Assembly (NCBI GenBank): GCA_041654915.1
Contig: JBAZCO010000001.1
Location: forward strand, 1 to 61,817
Origin: Clostridia bacterium
GTDB lineage: Bacteria; Bacillota; Clostridia; Christensenellales; DTU072
DNA: 61,817 nt
Direction of reading: 5' to 3'
Below the pieces are notes generated by a model. The model was not told where the DNA came from. It was given only the letters and a program-made list of their open reading frames with translations, and did not search any database. This document shows, piece by piece, positions 51,591 through 59,551 of the stretch (its first letter is position 1; each line of letters opens with the position of its first letter). The position numbers were made by a program, and so were the translations under genes.

Positions 51591-52952
51591 ATGCACGCAG
51601 TTTTCGGAGCAGAGATAACTTTATATAACCCTACACTTAAAGTTGTAGCTTGGTGTAGAGCTAATCTATGGGTAAACAACCCTGAATATACTGCAAGGGT
51701 ACGTATGAACAAGTGGTTAGGCAACACACCACGAAAACTCATGCTGTACAAGCGAGTTGACGGTAATCTGATACTGCCGGCAGGACTTAGGGGCAAGTTT
51801 AACAAGATACCGTTCACAGAAAGCTATCCACAGATAAAGCGTTGGCAACCACAAGAACCGAAAAGCTATGAACCGTATAGCTATCAAGTGCTTGCTGCTA
51901 ATGATATGTTTGAGTCGAAACACGGCGGAATAGTGTTAGCGAGCGCGGGTAGTGGCAAGACTTCGATAGCACTCCATGCAATCGGCAGCTTAGGTGTAAA
52001 GACATTGTGGATAGCAGACACACTTGATTTGATAAACCAAGCAAAGAATAGGTTTATACAGTTTTATGGAAAACAAGGTGTAGGCGTAACCACGGGCGGT
52101 AAGATAGACATAGGCGAACGCATAACCTTCGCCACGCTCCAAACGCTTGCCAAGATACCGATTGAGAATTATGCCAACGAATGGGAATGTGTTATTGTTG
52201 ATGAAGTGCAGATAGTTTCAGGCAGTCCTACAAAGATAACTATGTCTCAAGCTGTACTGTCTAAGTTAAACGCAAGATTAAAGTATGGTTTAACCGCAAC
52301 TTATCATAGATCTGATGGCCTAGAAAAGTGTATATGGGCATTGATAGGCGACATTATACATGAGGTGCCTGAAAGCGCCACAGAAAAAACCACAATGATA
52401 CCTACAGTTCGCAGGATAGATACAAGCCTTATGCCATCGGAAGAATACCTTGATACCGACGGCACGCTTATGTGGGCAAAATTGATTAACTATATAGCTT
52501 TAGATGAAGATAGAAATAGGCAAATAGCCTATGATATAGAAAAGGCCGGCAAAAGCATTTTAGTTTTATCCGACAGAAAGGCACAGCTTGATATGTTGTA
52601 TGATTTTTTGACCGATAAACGTTTTGCAAAGATTATTACAGGCAGCACTCCAAGAAAAAAAAGAGAACAAGGCATACAGGATATGCGAGACGGGAAATTG
52701 CGAATAATGCTATCTACATTTGCCATGTCAAAGAAAGGTTTAGATATACCAAGGCTTGATACCTTGGTTTTAGCTTCACCCAATAAGGATTATGCGTTAA
52801 TAACCCAAGCCGTCGGTCGCTGCCAACGCATATTTAAGGGTAAGACCCAAGCCTTGGTTTTAGACTATGTAGATAGCAACATCAGATATTTAGATAGAAT
52901 GTACAAAAAAAGAGTTACATCTTATAATAAACTTAGAGCGAGGTATGAATAA
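51591..52952 (+). CDS. Superfamily-2 DEAD/DEAH-box helicase
   Basis: ASAGSGKTS (Walker A), VIVDEVQ (motif II), TAT (motif III), QAVGRCQR (motif VI). Confidence 0.85.
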   Translation: MHAVFGAEITLYNPTLKVVAWCRANLWVNNPEYTARVRMNKWLGNTPRKLMLYKRVDGNLILPAGLRGKFNKIPFTESYPQIKRWQPQEPKSYEPYSYQVLAANDMFESKHGGIVLASAGSGKTSIALHAIGSLGVKTLWIADTLDLINQAKNRFIQFYGKQGVGVTTGGKIDIGERITFATLQTLAKIPIENYANEWECVIVDEVQIVSGSPTKITMSQAVLSKLNARLKYGLTATYHRSDGLEKCIWALIGDIIHEVPESATEKTTMIPTVRRIDTSLMPSEEYLDTDGTLMWAKLINYIALDEDRNRQIAYDIEKAGKSILVLSDRKAQLDMLYDFLTDKRFAKIITGSTPRKKREQGIQDMRDGKLRIMLSTFAMSKKGLDIPRLDTLVLASPNKDYALITQAVGRCQRIFKGKTQALVLDYVDSNIRYLDRMYKKRVTSYNKLRARYE

Positions 52953-53157
52953 AATGAAAGAAACAACTAAATATAACCAAATGCTTACAGCCTTTTATTG
53001 TGATTTTGCTTTAGCTAAAGATGAACGTATGAGATTAGGTGATTTAGATGATTTAATTAAAAAATCGGATGAAAGACTGCTCAAAGATATAAAGCTATTA
53101 GAAGAATTAGATTTTAACTTAAGGCACGGAAAAATAAAAATCGTAGAGGTGGACTAA
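52945..53157 (+). CDS. Hypothetical protein
   Basis: 70-aa ORF overlapping the helicase stop. Confidence 0.4.
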   Translation: MNKMKETTKYNQMLTAFYCDFALAKDERMRLGDLDDLIKKSDERLLKDIKLLEELDFNLRHGKIKIVEVD

Positions 53158-53325
53158 GTGAAAAAACCAACCGTTAGGCAATGCAAGCTAATAGAAAAAA
53201 GATTAGGTTTAGATCCTACTAAATATCTTGTCAGGAGATGGAATCCGGTTAAAGACGGTAAAATAGAAGTTTGCCTTGTAAGCAGGAAAACAGGGGAGAA
53301 AGTATGGAAAACGATAATAACATGA
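53158..53325 (+). CDS. Small basic protein (55 aa, GTG start)
   Basis: GAGGTGG SD. VKKPTVRQCKLIEKRLGLDPTKYLVRRWNPVKDGKIEVCLVSRKTGEKVWKTIIT. Confidence 0.4.
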   Translation: MKKPTVRQCKLIEKRLGLDPTKYLVRRWNPVKDGKIEVCLVSRKTGEKVWKTIIT

Positions 53326-53477
53326 TTTGCAAGTCAGTGTCAGAAAACCAACGCGGCAATATATGGCTGTCTAATCATTTGGGTAGCATAACAACAAGGG
53401 GGGGGGAAGCCAGGGCAAGGCTATCCTTGCATACTGTCTTTTCAGCCAAGGCTGCAGTCAATGGATATACAATATGA
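53304..53477 (+). CDS. N-terminal variable-region fragment of the permuted C5-MTase (out of frame with the main ORF at G9)
   Basis: MENDNNMICKSVSENQRGNIWLSNHLGSITTRGG.. with a GGGGAG SD. With 8 or 11 G it would read into KPGQGYPCILSF..MDIQYEH. Confidence 0.55.
   Translation: MENDNNMICKSVSENQRGNIWLSNHLGSITTRGGEARARLSLHTVFSAKAAVNGYTI
53398..53406 (+). repeat. G9 homopolymer
   Basis: acaacaa + 9 G + aagcc. Confidence 0.95.
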
Positions 53478-54987
53478 ACATATTGGCACACTATGTACAA
53501 CAGATTATAAAGGAGAGAGGTGTTTACTTGCAATGGAACCTATAAATTACGCGATTGACAGCATGTCATCTAACAGCATGAAATCAAGCAATCCGCACAG
53601 CGGAATACACAAGGAGAACTATGTGAAAACAATAGATACGAATGGCAATAACCCTGCTTGCAACCAAGGGGGAAATATGATTGTTTATGCTTTATCAAGC
53701 CCATGTAAAGGAGAAAGTGGGGGTTTAACGTACATGCCAATGAAGCTACGTGTAAGAAAAATTACAGAAAGAGAGTGTTTGCGTCTTATGGGGTTGCCGG
53801 ACGATTGGTTTGATGGTGCAGATTTGCCAAAAACAAGACAGTACCAAATAATTGGAAACGGACTTGTAACAGGTAAAGATTCCTATTTTTGGTATATGTG
53901 GCAAAACATCTATAAGCTACTGAACAAGAAAAGACCAACAGTTTTCTCACAATTCAGCGGTACAGGCATGACAGAATATATAACGGATGAATTAGGTTTT
54001 TTTACAGTTTATGCAAGCGAAATAGACGAATCTGCAAATAAAGCTCATGCCAACCTGCAAAGAAAAGGCATACTTGATAGAAGAACTCGAAACCTAGGTG
54101 ATATCACGAAGGTAAGTGGATATAAAATCAGACCTTGTGATGTAATTTTCTCTTCAAGCCCTTGTCAAAGTTTTAGTCATGCAGGGAAAGGCGAGGGGGA
54201 GGATGGTGAAAGCGGCTTGATATGGGAAACCATAAGGACTGCAAGGGAAATGCTTGAGGCTACAAACGGTAGATATCCAAGCGTAATAGCAACAGAAAAT
54301 GTTGCAGGTGAGCTTTCGCACAAACACTTTTTAACTAAGTTTCTTATTGCGCTTGACAGGATGGGCTATGCCATTGACATTCAACTTCACAATGCACTTG
54401 ATTATAACGTAGCACAATCAAGGGAAAGAGTTGCAATTGTAGCAATAAAAAAAGAGTTGGTTGACGGGAACAGCTTTGAGGAGCATAGGCATAACAGGGT
54501 GCAAAGGGTCTTGAAGAAAACAAATGCAGATATACAGCTTTTTTCTGGCATAGCAACCTTCCCGCACGAGCCCAAAAAAAGCAACTTAATCGACTTTATA
54601 GATGATAATGTAGACGAAGAATATGACCTATCCGAAAGGGCATGTATGGGAATATTGCGCAGGGCATATCAAAGGGAAAAAGAAATCCCGGCTATTCTTG
54701 CATATGCGCTTATGGTGCAAAGCGGCGATTTGTACTATGAAAGTGAATATGACAGCAAGCACGGGAAGGTAGATGGCAATAAACTTAGGGAATGGTATGC
54801 AGATATTATTGATAAAGGTTTTGAGAAAGTTGAACTGCCTGTGTGCCTTGAAAATCATGGTACAGATAGCAGGATCAAGATAAAGGAAAATGAAACACCA
54901 ACTGTAACTTCAAGATGGGGAACAGGTGGCAATAATATGGCACTGGTGCTAGATGTCATAAATGACACTGGGGGGGGTATAACGTGA
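53461..54987 (+). CDS. Circularly permuted DNA (cytosine-5) methyltransferase, main ORF
   Basis: Order: IX RKITERECLRLMGLPDDW, X QYQIIGNGLV, I FSQFSGTG, II ASEIDESA, IV SSSPCQSFSHAGK, VI IATENVAG, VIII QSRERVAIVA, then a variable C-terminus ending ..DTGGG. Confidence 0.8.
   Translation: MDIQYEHIGTLCTTDYKGERCLLAMEPINYAIDSMSSNSMKSSNPHSGIHKENYVKTIDTNGNNPACNQGGNMIVYALSSPCKGESGGLTYMPMKLRVRKITERECLRLMGLPDDWFDGADLPKTRQYQIIGNGLVTGKDSYFWYMWQNIYKLLNKKRPTVFSQFSGTGMTEYITDELGFFTVYASEIDESANKAHANLQRKGILDRRTRNLGDITKVSGYKIRPCDVIFSSSPCQSFSHAGKGEGEDGESGLIWETIRTAREMLEATNGRYPSVIATENVAGELSHKHFLTKFLIALDRMGYAIDIQLHNALDYNVAQSRERVAIVAIKKELVDGNSFEEHRHNRVQRVLKKTNADIQLFSGIATFPHEPKKSNLIDFIDDNVDEEYDLSERACMGILRRAYQREKEIPAILAYALMVQSGDLYYESEYDSKHGKVDGNKLREWYADIIDKGFEKVELPVCLENHGTDSRIKIKENETPTVTSRWGTGGNNMALVLDVINDTGGGIT
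54970..54977 (+). repeat. G8 homopolymer
   Basis: gacact + 8 G + tataacg. Confidence 0.95.
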
Positions 54988-55187
54988 CGCACAACAGAAC
55001 AGGTACACTGCGGTCGGCTTGTCAGTCTGTATTTTTAGTTGAAGCTTCGCCACAAGATAAAAAGAAGACTCGTTGCTTTAGTGGTGATTTTGCTGCAAGA
55101 AAAGAGTCTGAACATTATCCAACCATAACAGGCAACCATGCAAAAGTAAGTGCTGATTTGCTGATCATCCTAGAGGAAAAAGAATGA
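54984..55187 (+). CDS. Possible C-terminal extension of the permuted C5-MTase (joined if the tract is G9)
   Basis: The frame is continuous with the MTase after a +1 G. Contains ..NRTGTLRSA.. and ..YPTITGNH... Its stop overlaps ATG 55184. Confidence 0.4.
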   Translation: MTHNRTGTLRSACQSVFLVEASPQDKKKTRCFSGDFAARKESEHYPTITGNHAKVSADLLIILEEKE

Positions 55188-55819
55188 AAATATTAGAACT
55201 GTTTGCAGGAACAAGGTCAATAGGCAAAGCATTTGAACAGAATGGACATAAAGTCTTTTCTGTTGATTGGAGCAAGGATTTTGAAAATATTGACTTATAC
55301 GCAGATATTCTTGCCTTAACTCGTGATGATATCATCAATAAGTTTGGCTATCCGGATGTAATCTGGGCAAGCCCTGACTGCACAACCTATAGTGTTGCAG
55401 CAATTAGTCATCATAGGCGACGCGAAGAAAGTGGAAATTTAGCTCCAATTTCTGAATATGCCAAGTTTTGCGATGAAGTAAATAAGCATGTACTTTATTT
55501 AATCGAATCCCTTTCTCCTAGATTTTGGTTTATTGAAAATCCACGGGGGGGGCTAAGAAAGATGGACTTTATGAAAGATTTGCCTAGATATACAGTTACG
55601 TATTGTCGGTATGGAGATACAAGAATGAAGCCTACGGATATCTGGACAAATCATCCAAACCCAAAATTTAAGCCTATGTGTAAAAATGGTGATCCTTGTC
55701 ATATTGCTGCACCACGTGGCTCAAGAACTGGCACGCAAGGAATAAAGGGAAGCATCAAGCGATCTATAATTCCAAATGAATTATGCCAACATATTGCAAG
55801 CATATGTGAAGAAAGGTGA
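55184..55819 (+). CDS. Small C5-MTase-like methyltransferase with an internal G8 run (in frame)
   Basis: I ILELFAGTRSIG. IV-like IWASPDCTTYSVAA (Cys retained, PDC instead of PC). VI FIENPRGG (the GG is coded by the G8 run). 211 aa. Confidence 0.7.
   Translation: MKILELFAGTRSIGKAFEQNGHKVFSVDWSKDFENIDLYADILALTRDDIINKFGYPDVIWASPDCTTYSVAAISHHRRREESGNLAPISEYAKFCDEVNKHVLYLIESLSPRFWFIENPRGGLRKMDFMKDLPRYTVTYCRYGDTRMKPTDIWTNHPNPKFKPMCKNGDPCHIAAPRGSRTGTQGIKGSIKRSIIPNELCQHIASICEER
55545..55552 (+). repeat. G8 homopolymer
   Basis: ccac + 8 G + ctaag. Confidence 0.95.
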
Positions 55820-55885
55820 ATAACATGAATAAACATGCTATACTAAAATTATCTCGTGTGCCATGTGTGCAAGGAGTCTCTGATT

Positions 55886-55919
55886 ACGCACCTTCAGTTG
55901 GGGTGCGTTTTCTGTTTTT
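55886..55919 (+). terminator. Rho-independent terminator after the MTase cluster
   Basis: acgcacc-9 nt-ggtgcgt followed by tttctgttttt. Confidence 0.7.
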
Positions 55920-55935
55920 ATAAACCTTAGTCAGG

Positions 55936-55944
55936 TGATATAAT
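55936..55944 (+). promoter_or_regulatory. Extended -10 promoter element upstream of the endolysin
   Basis: TGATATAAT. No good -35. Confidence 0.4.
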
Positions 55945-55979
55945 CAAAGAAAGAAGCACAAGCAAAGGAGGAAAACGAA

Positions 55980-57320
55980 ATGAAAATTATTCCAAACAAA
56001 TACCCTGAAGAAAAGAACTGGCAGAAGTGGCTGAAGTTTAACACTGGCAAAGAGGTCAATGTTGTCTTTTTGCACCGCACCGCAGCCTATATCCGTGACC
56101 ACCACAAAAAACAAGCAGTAATCGCATCAGGCAATAGAACTATGAAACAGCAACAAGACTTGTACGATTTATATAAGGCAGGTAAGGGTAATAAGGCAGC
56201 TGTTCCCGGCAAGAGCAGGCATAACTTCGGCTTAGCCATAGACTTTAATAATATAGGCACAAAAAACGGTGTTAAACAATATCCCGGAACACTTAATTCA
56301 GACTATGCCTTGTGGGTATCCAAAAAAGCAGAAGTGTTAAATCAATATGGGTTAAGGCACGCAGTCGACGGCGAAATTTGGCACATAGAGCCGATAGAAA
56401 CGGCTGGAGTATCTATAGATGATATTGCAAATTTTTTAGATGAGGATGATTTATTTAATACACCGTCTGGATATCCAAGGTTAGAGTTAACCAGCCCTTT
56501 AACCCGTGGAACATTTGTAGGTTTATTACAAAAATGGCTCAAGATTAAAGTTGATAAAGCATTTGGCAAAGACACCGATAAAGCAATCAAAGACTACCAA
56601 AAAGTAAAAGGGCTTACTGTTGACGGTATAGTTTGGACTGATACATGGAACGCATTAAAGGCTGACAACGCACCTAAAAAAACAGACTTAGAAATTTGCC
56701 AGGACAAAGTCAAGGGTTTAGAAAAGCAGATAACCGCATTGCAAGACACAATAAAGAAAAACGATACAACCATAAAAAACCTAAATGCTGATAAGACAAG
56801 CTTAGAAGGGCAAGTTACAACAGAAAAAGCTAAGGTAATTACCCTTGAAAAAGAAATAAAGGCTGTGCAAGACACAAATGCGGGCTTAATTATACATAGG
56901 GATAGTTTAAAAAACGAATTAACGGCAACACAAAAAGAATTAGTTGCGGCCAAAAATGAAGCAATACAATTAGAAACAGAAAAGAACCAGGCACAGAACT
57001 GGTCGGAAGTTTTACAAGAAAAAATAGTTACACTGGAAACAAAGATAGAAGATAAAGACGGGCAGTTGACGGAAGAGAAAGACAGAAACACGGAATATGT
57101 TAAATCTATTATCCATTTAGAGGCTTTAATATCCGAGAAGGAAAGAGATTTAGAATATGCCGAAGAAAGTTTACACGCATGTGAAACAGAAATTAAAATA
57201 CTGAACGACAAAATAGAAGAATTAAGTAATAAAAAGCCTTGCGAAGAAATTGATATTAATAAATACTCCATAGCCGAATTATTGAAATTGATCATAGATA
57301 AAATTTTTAGGAGAGGTTAA
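55980..57320 (+). CDS. Endolysin: M15 (VanY-like) peptidase + PG_binding_1 + long C-terminal coiled coil
   Basis: SGNRT..Q..L, PGKSRHNFGLAIDF, EIWHIEP (H-x6-D...H). FVGLLQKWL..AIKDYQKVKGLTVDGIVWTDTW. Then ~215 aa of heptad-rich sequence. Confidence 0.8.
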   Translation: MKIIPNKYPEEKNWQKWLKFNTGKEVNVVFLHRTAAYIRDHHKKQAVIASGNRTMKQQQDLYDLYKAGKGNKAAVPGKSRHNFGLAIDFNNIGTKNGVKQYPGTLNSDYALWVSKKAEVLNQYGLRHAVDGEIWHIEPIETAGVSIDDIANFLDEDDLFNTPSGYPRLELTSPLTRGTFVGLLQKWLKIKVDKAFGKDTDKAIKDYQKVKGLTVDGIVWTDTWNALKADNAPKKTDLEICQDKVKGLEKQITALQDTIKKNDTTIKNLNADKTSLEGQVTTEKAKVITLEKEIKAVQDTNAGLIIHRDSLKNELTATQKELVAAKNEAIQLETEKNQAQNWSEVLQEKIVTLETKIEDKDGQLTEEKDRNTEYVKSIIHLEALISEKERDLEYAEESLHACETEIKILNDKIEELSNKKPCEEIDINKYSIAELLKLIIDKIFRRG

Positions 57321-57322
57321 GA

Positions 57323-57706
57323 ATGGAAAAATCTTTTAAAGAATGCCCTATATGCGAATGTCCGTTTAAGTTTTGCCAATGTATCTTCTCAGGCTCTACA
57401 CACCCCGACAGGCATTTACAGACAGAGGTGGTGGAGCAGCATTTATATTTACTAAATAAAAAGCAAATAAAGCATTTAATGTATTTACAAAAATATTGGC
57501 GAATATCTTATTCCGACAAAGAGAGAAAGCAAATATATCTCAAGCTAATCAGGAAAGCAAGGTTCAATAACAGCCGTAGATTTAGGCTTTTATTTCCCCT
57601 GTTTCGTGTTACGGTTCAACATGAAAACTTAGACTTTTTAACGAATTTAATCGTAAAATTAGGCGGCAAGAAAAATCATGCTAATTTCTATGATTTACCA
57701 TATTGA
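57323..57706 (+). CDS. Hypothetical protein with a Cys-rich N-terminus
   Basis: CPICECPFKFCQC. 127 aa. Confidence 0.4.
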   Translation: MEKSFKECPICECPFKFCQCIFSGSTHPDRHLQTEVVEQHLYLLNKKQIKHLMYLQKYWRISYSDKERKQIYLKLIRKARFNNSRRFRLLFPLFRVTVQHENLDFLTNLIVKLGGKKNHANFYDLPY

Positions 57707-57732
57707 CAAGGTAAAGTATTAGGTGCTACAAT
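57703..57732 (+). promoter_or_regulatory. Promoter P5 (TTGACAAGG family)
   Basis: TTGACA-18 nt-TACAAT. Confidence 0.6.
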
Positions 57733-57755
57733 AATACAAGAGGTGAGAATATCAG

Positions 57756-57962
57756 ATGAAAACTTATGAAAAAGACGGGGTAAAATATATAACGCACAGG
57801 GATGCACTAAAGTATTATGAGTGTACGCCTACCACTTTGCTTAATTGGCGAGAAAGCGGTCGAATAAAGATTTATAAATTACCTCTTGATAGCGGGCATT
57901 TATATGCAGTAGATCCGATTTTAAGAAAATACCATATAGGGGGTGAAAGGTTTGACAGATAG
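57756..57962 (+). CDS. Helix-turn-helix (excisionase/MerR-like) DNA-binding protein
   Basis: YITHRDALKYYECTPTTLLNWRESGRIKIYKL. Confidence 0.45.
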   Translation: MKTYEKDGVKYITHRDALKYYECTPTTLLNWRESGRIKIYKLPLDSGHLYAVDPILRKYHIGGERFDR

Positions 57963-58416
57963 GGAAAAAGCAACAATAGAAGAAAGCAGATACTTGATTT
58001 ACAGTGTGTTTAACAACGGCGATGTAACCAAGGCTTCTGTTAAAGACCCTGACAATGAAAGACCCTTACCGAGATACAAAGACGGTGGCGGTGTATATGT
58101 TTGGGTCGGCAAGAAAAAGCTATATGTAAAGCGTTTGGTTGCAAAGCATTTTATGAACGAAGTCGGTGATAGAGTAGAGTGCATAGACGGTAACGAAGAT
58201 AATTGCTCCGTGGTAAATTTGCGTATAGGTAAGCGTGATTATAGTAGTGATAGAAAGATATATACCAAGGTTTCGGTTGACGGTGTTGTCTATGATTCCA
58301 TCTCTGCTGCGGAGCGTGCTTTAATGGTATCTCACGGTTATCTAACAAGATATTTTAACGGCCAAAGAAGTGGTAAAATCTTAGAAGGACACAAAATTAA
58401 AATAATAAAGGAGTGA
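57943..58416 (+). CDS. Degenerate HNH_3/NUMOD-type homing-endonuclease-like protein
   Basis: VKRLVAKHFMN...VECIDGNEDNCSVVNLR (the usual His is replaced by Cys). C-terminal VSVDGVVYDSISAAERAL is a NUMOD1-like motif. Non-ATG start. Confidence 0.45.
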   Translation: MKGLTDREKATIEESRYLIYSVFNNGDVTKASVKDPDNERPLPRYKDGGGVYVWVGKKKLYVKRLVAKHFMNEVGDRVECIDGNEDNCSVVNLRIGKRDYSSDRKIYTKVSVDGVVYDSISAAERALMVSHGYLTRYFNGQRSGKILEGHKIKIIKE

Positions 58417-58422
58417 GTGGAT

Positions 58423-58809
58423 ATGAGTAGTGTGGTAGACATAGCCTTATTGCGTGGCAATGACGAGAAAATAAATGTGACCATGAAAGATGCCGATGGT
58501 GGGGCTATTATTATGACTGGCGGTGACGAACTGTACTTTACGGTGAAAAAAGCGGCGTTGGGCTGTGAAGAGATCGAGGATGGTTTGATTTTTCAAAAAT
58601 CTTTATCCAAGGGCATTGAAAACAATAATGACGGTACATATACCGTAAACATTGCTGCTGTTGATACCGATGATTTAAAGGGCTTGTTTGCTTATGATTT
58701 AAAGTGTGTATTTGCTTTGGGTAATGACGAATATTTTCGCAAGACCGCTTTGATGGGTATGATCGATTTTCGTGACACAAGGACACGCATAGATGAAGAA
58801 GGAGAATAG
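58423..58809 (+). CDS. BppU-N-like / Ig-like tail fibre-associated protein (tentative)
   Basis: ..INVTMKDADGGAIIMTGGDELYFTVKK..GTYTVNIAAVDTDDL..YDLK... ATG 58423 has an AAGGAG SD. Confidence 0.4.
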   Translation: MSSVVDIALLRGNDEKINVTMKDADGGAIIMTGGDELYFTVKKAALGCEEIEDGLIFQKSLSKGIENNNDGTYTVNIAAVDTDDLKGLFAYDLKCVFALGNDEYFRKTALMGMIDFRDTRTRIDEEGE

Positions 58810-58811
58810 TT

Positions 58812-58997
58812 ATGAGTAAAGATATATTTGTTACGCTTGATGTAGAGGGTGGTATTAGTGCAAGTGCCGAGCCGGGTGTGTTACAAGGCCCACAAGGTGA
58901 CAAGTGGATGAAAGCCATGACACAAAGCGAATATGACGGTTTAGCTGAAGTTGACCCCGAAATTTATTATATAGTTACACCAGACGAGGTAGGATAA
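58812..58997 (+). CDS. Short fibre-associated protein with a collagen-like GPQG string
   Basis: ..GVLQGPQGDKWMKAMTQSEYDGL..EIYYIV, a pattern common at tail-fibre N-termini. Confidence 0.4.
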   Translation: MSKDIFVTLDVEGGISASAEPGVLQGPQGDKWMKAMTQSEYDGLAEVDPEIYYIVTPDEVG

Positions 58998-59483
58998 ATG
59001 GCTATATATAATAAAAACAAAAAAGCAAAATTTTATAAAGGTTTCTATAAGCCTGTAAACTGGTATCACCGTGGCCATAAAGTGGCTGGTTGGGAAGAAG
59101 GTATCAAGTCTGGTGAGAGTATTTTGTTTGAAGATACCTACGATGATTTTATGGATATCGAAATGTCGGGCAAGAGCGAACAGGTGCAGACAGTACAAGG
59201 GAAGAATTTTGTTGATATTTCTGGCGAACTTTTTAAAGTTACCATAGGATATGCACCTGGTTCAGCAGAAAGTAAAGCTATATTTGCTGACAACAGTGTT
59301 GTGGTCGGTATGTCTCGGAATGCATTTATGAATATAAATGTCAATCTAATATATAGAAACCCCACAACAGGATATGTAAAATACTCGTCAAATTTTGCAT
59401 GGTATGGTGTCGGTTTTAAAGTGTACTTAAAGCCCAGTACAAATTACATAAAAAATTTTACAGGCGATGGTTACGCTGGGTAG
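58998..59483 (+). CDS. Tail fibre protein, 5' part (frame ends at TAG 59481)
   Basis: ..MSGKSEQVQTVQGKNFVD... The -1 frame is open from 59420 and continues into 59552-60265. Confidence 0.55.
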   Translation: MAIYNKNKKAKFYKGFYKPVNWYHRGHKVAGWEEGIKSGESILFEDTYDDFMDIEMSGKSEQVQTVQGKNFVDISGELFKVTIGYAPGSAESKAIFADNSVVVGMSRNAFMNINVNLIYRNPTTGYVKYSSNFAWYGVGFKVYLKPSTNYIKNFTGDGYAG

Positions 59484-59551
59484 GCTTTTTTGAGGCGGAC
59501 GGCACTTTTATATCGGATGCTATTTCTAACTCTTTTACCACACCCTCTAAT

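Noticed and set aside
56594-57295. 233-aa minus-strand ORF opposite the endolysin coiled coil
   Set aside because: This is a shadow ORF of a heptad-rich E/K/L region. It has an S/F/L-rich low-complexity product and no SD.
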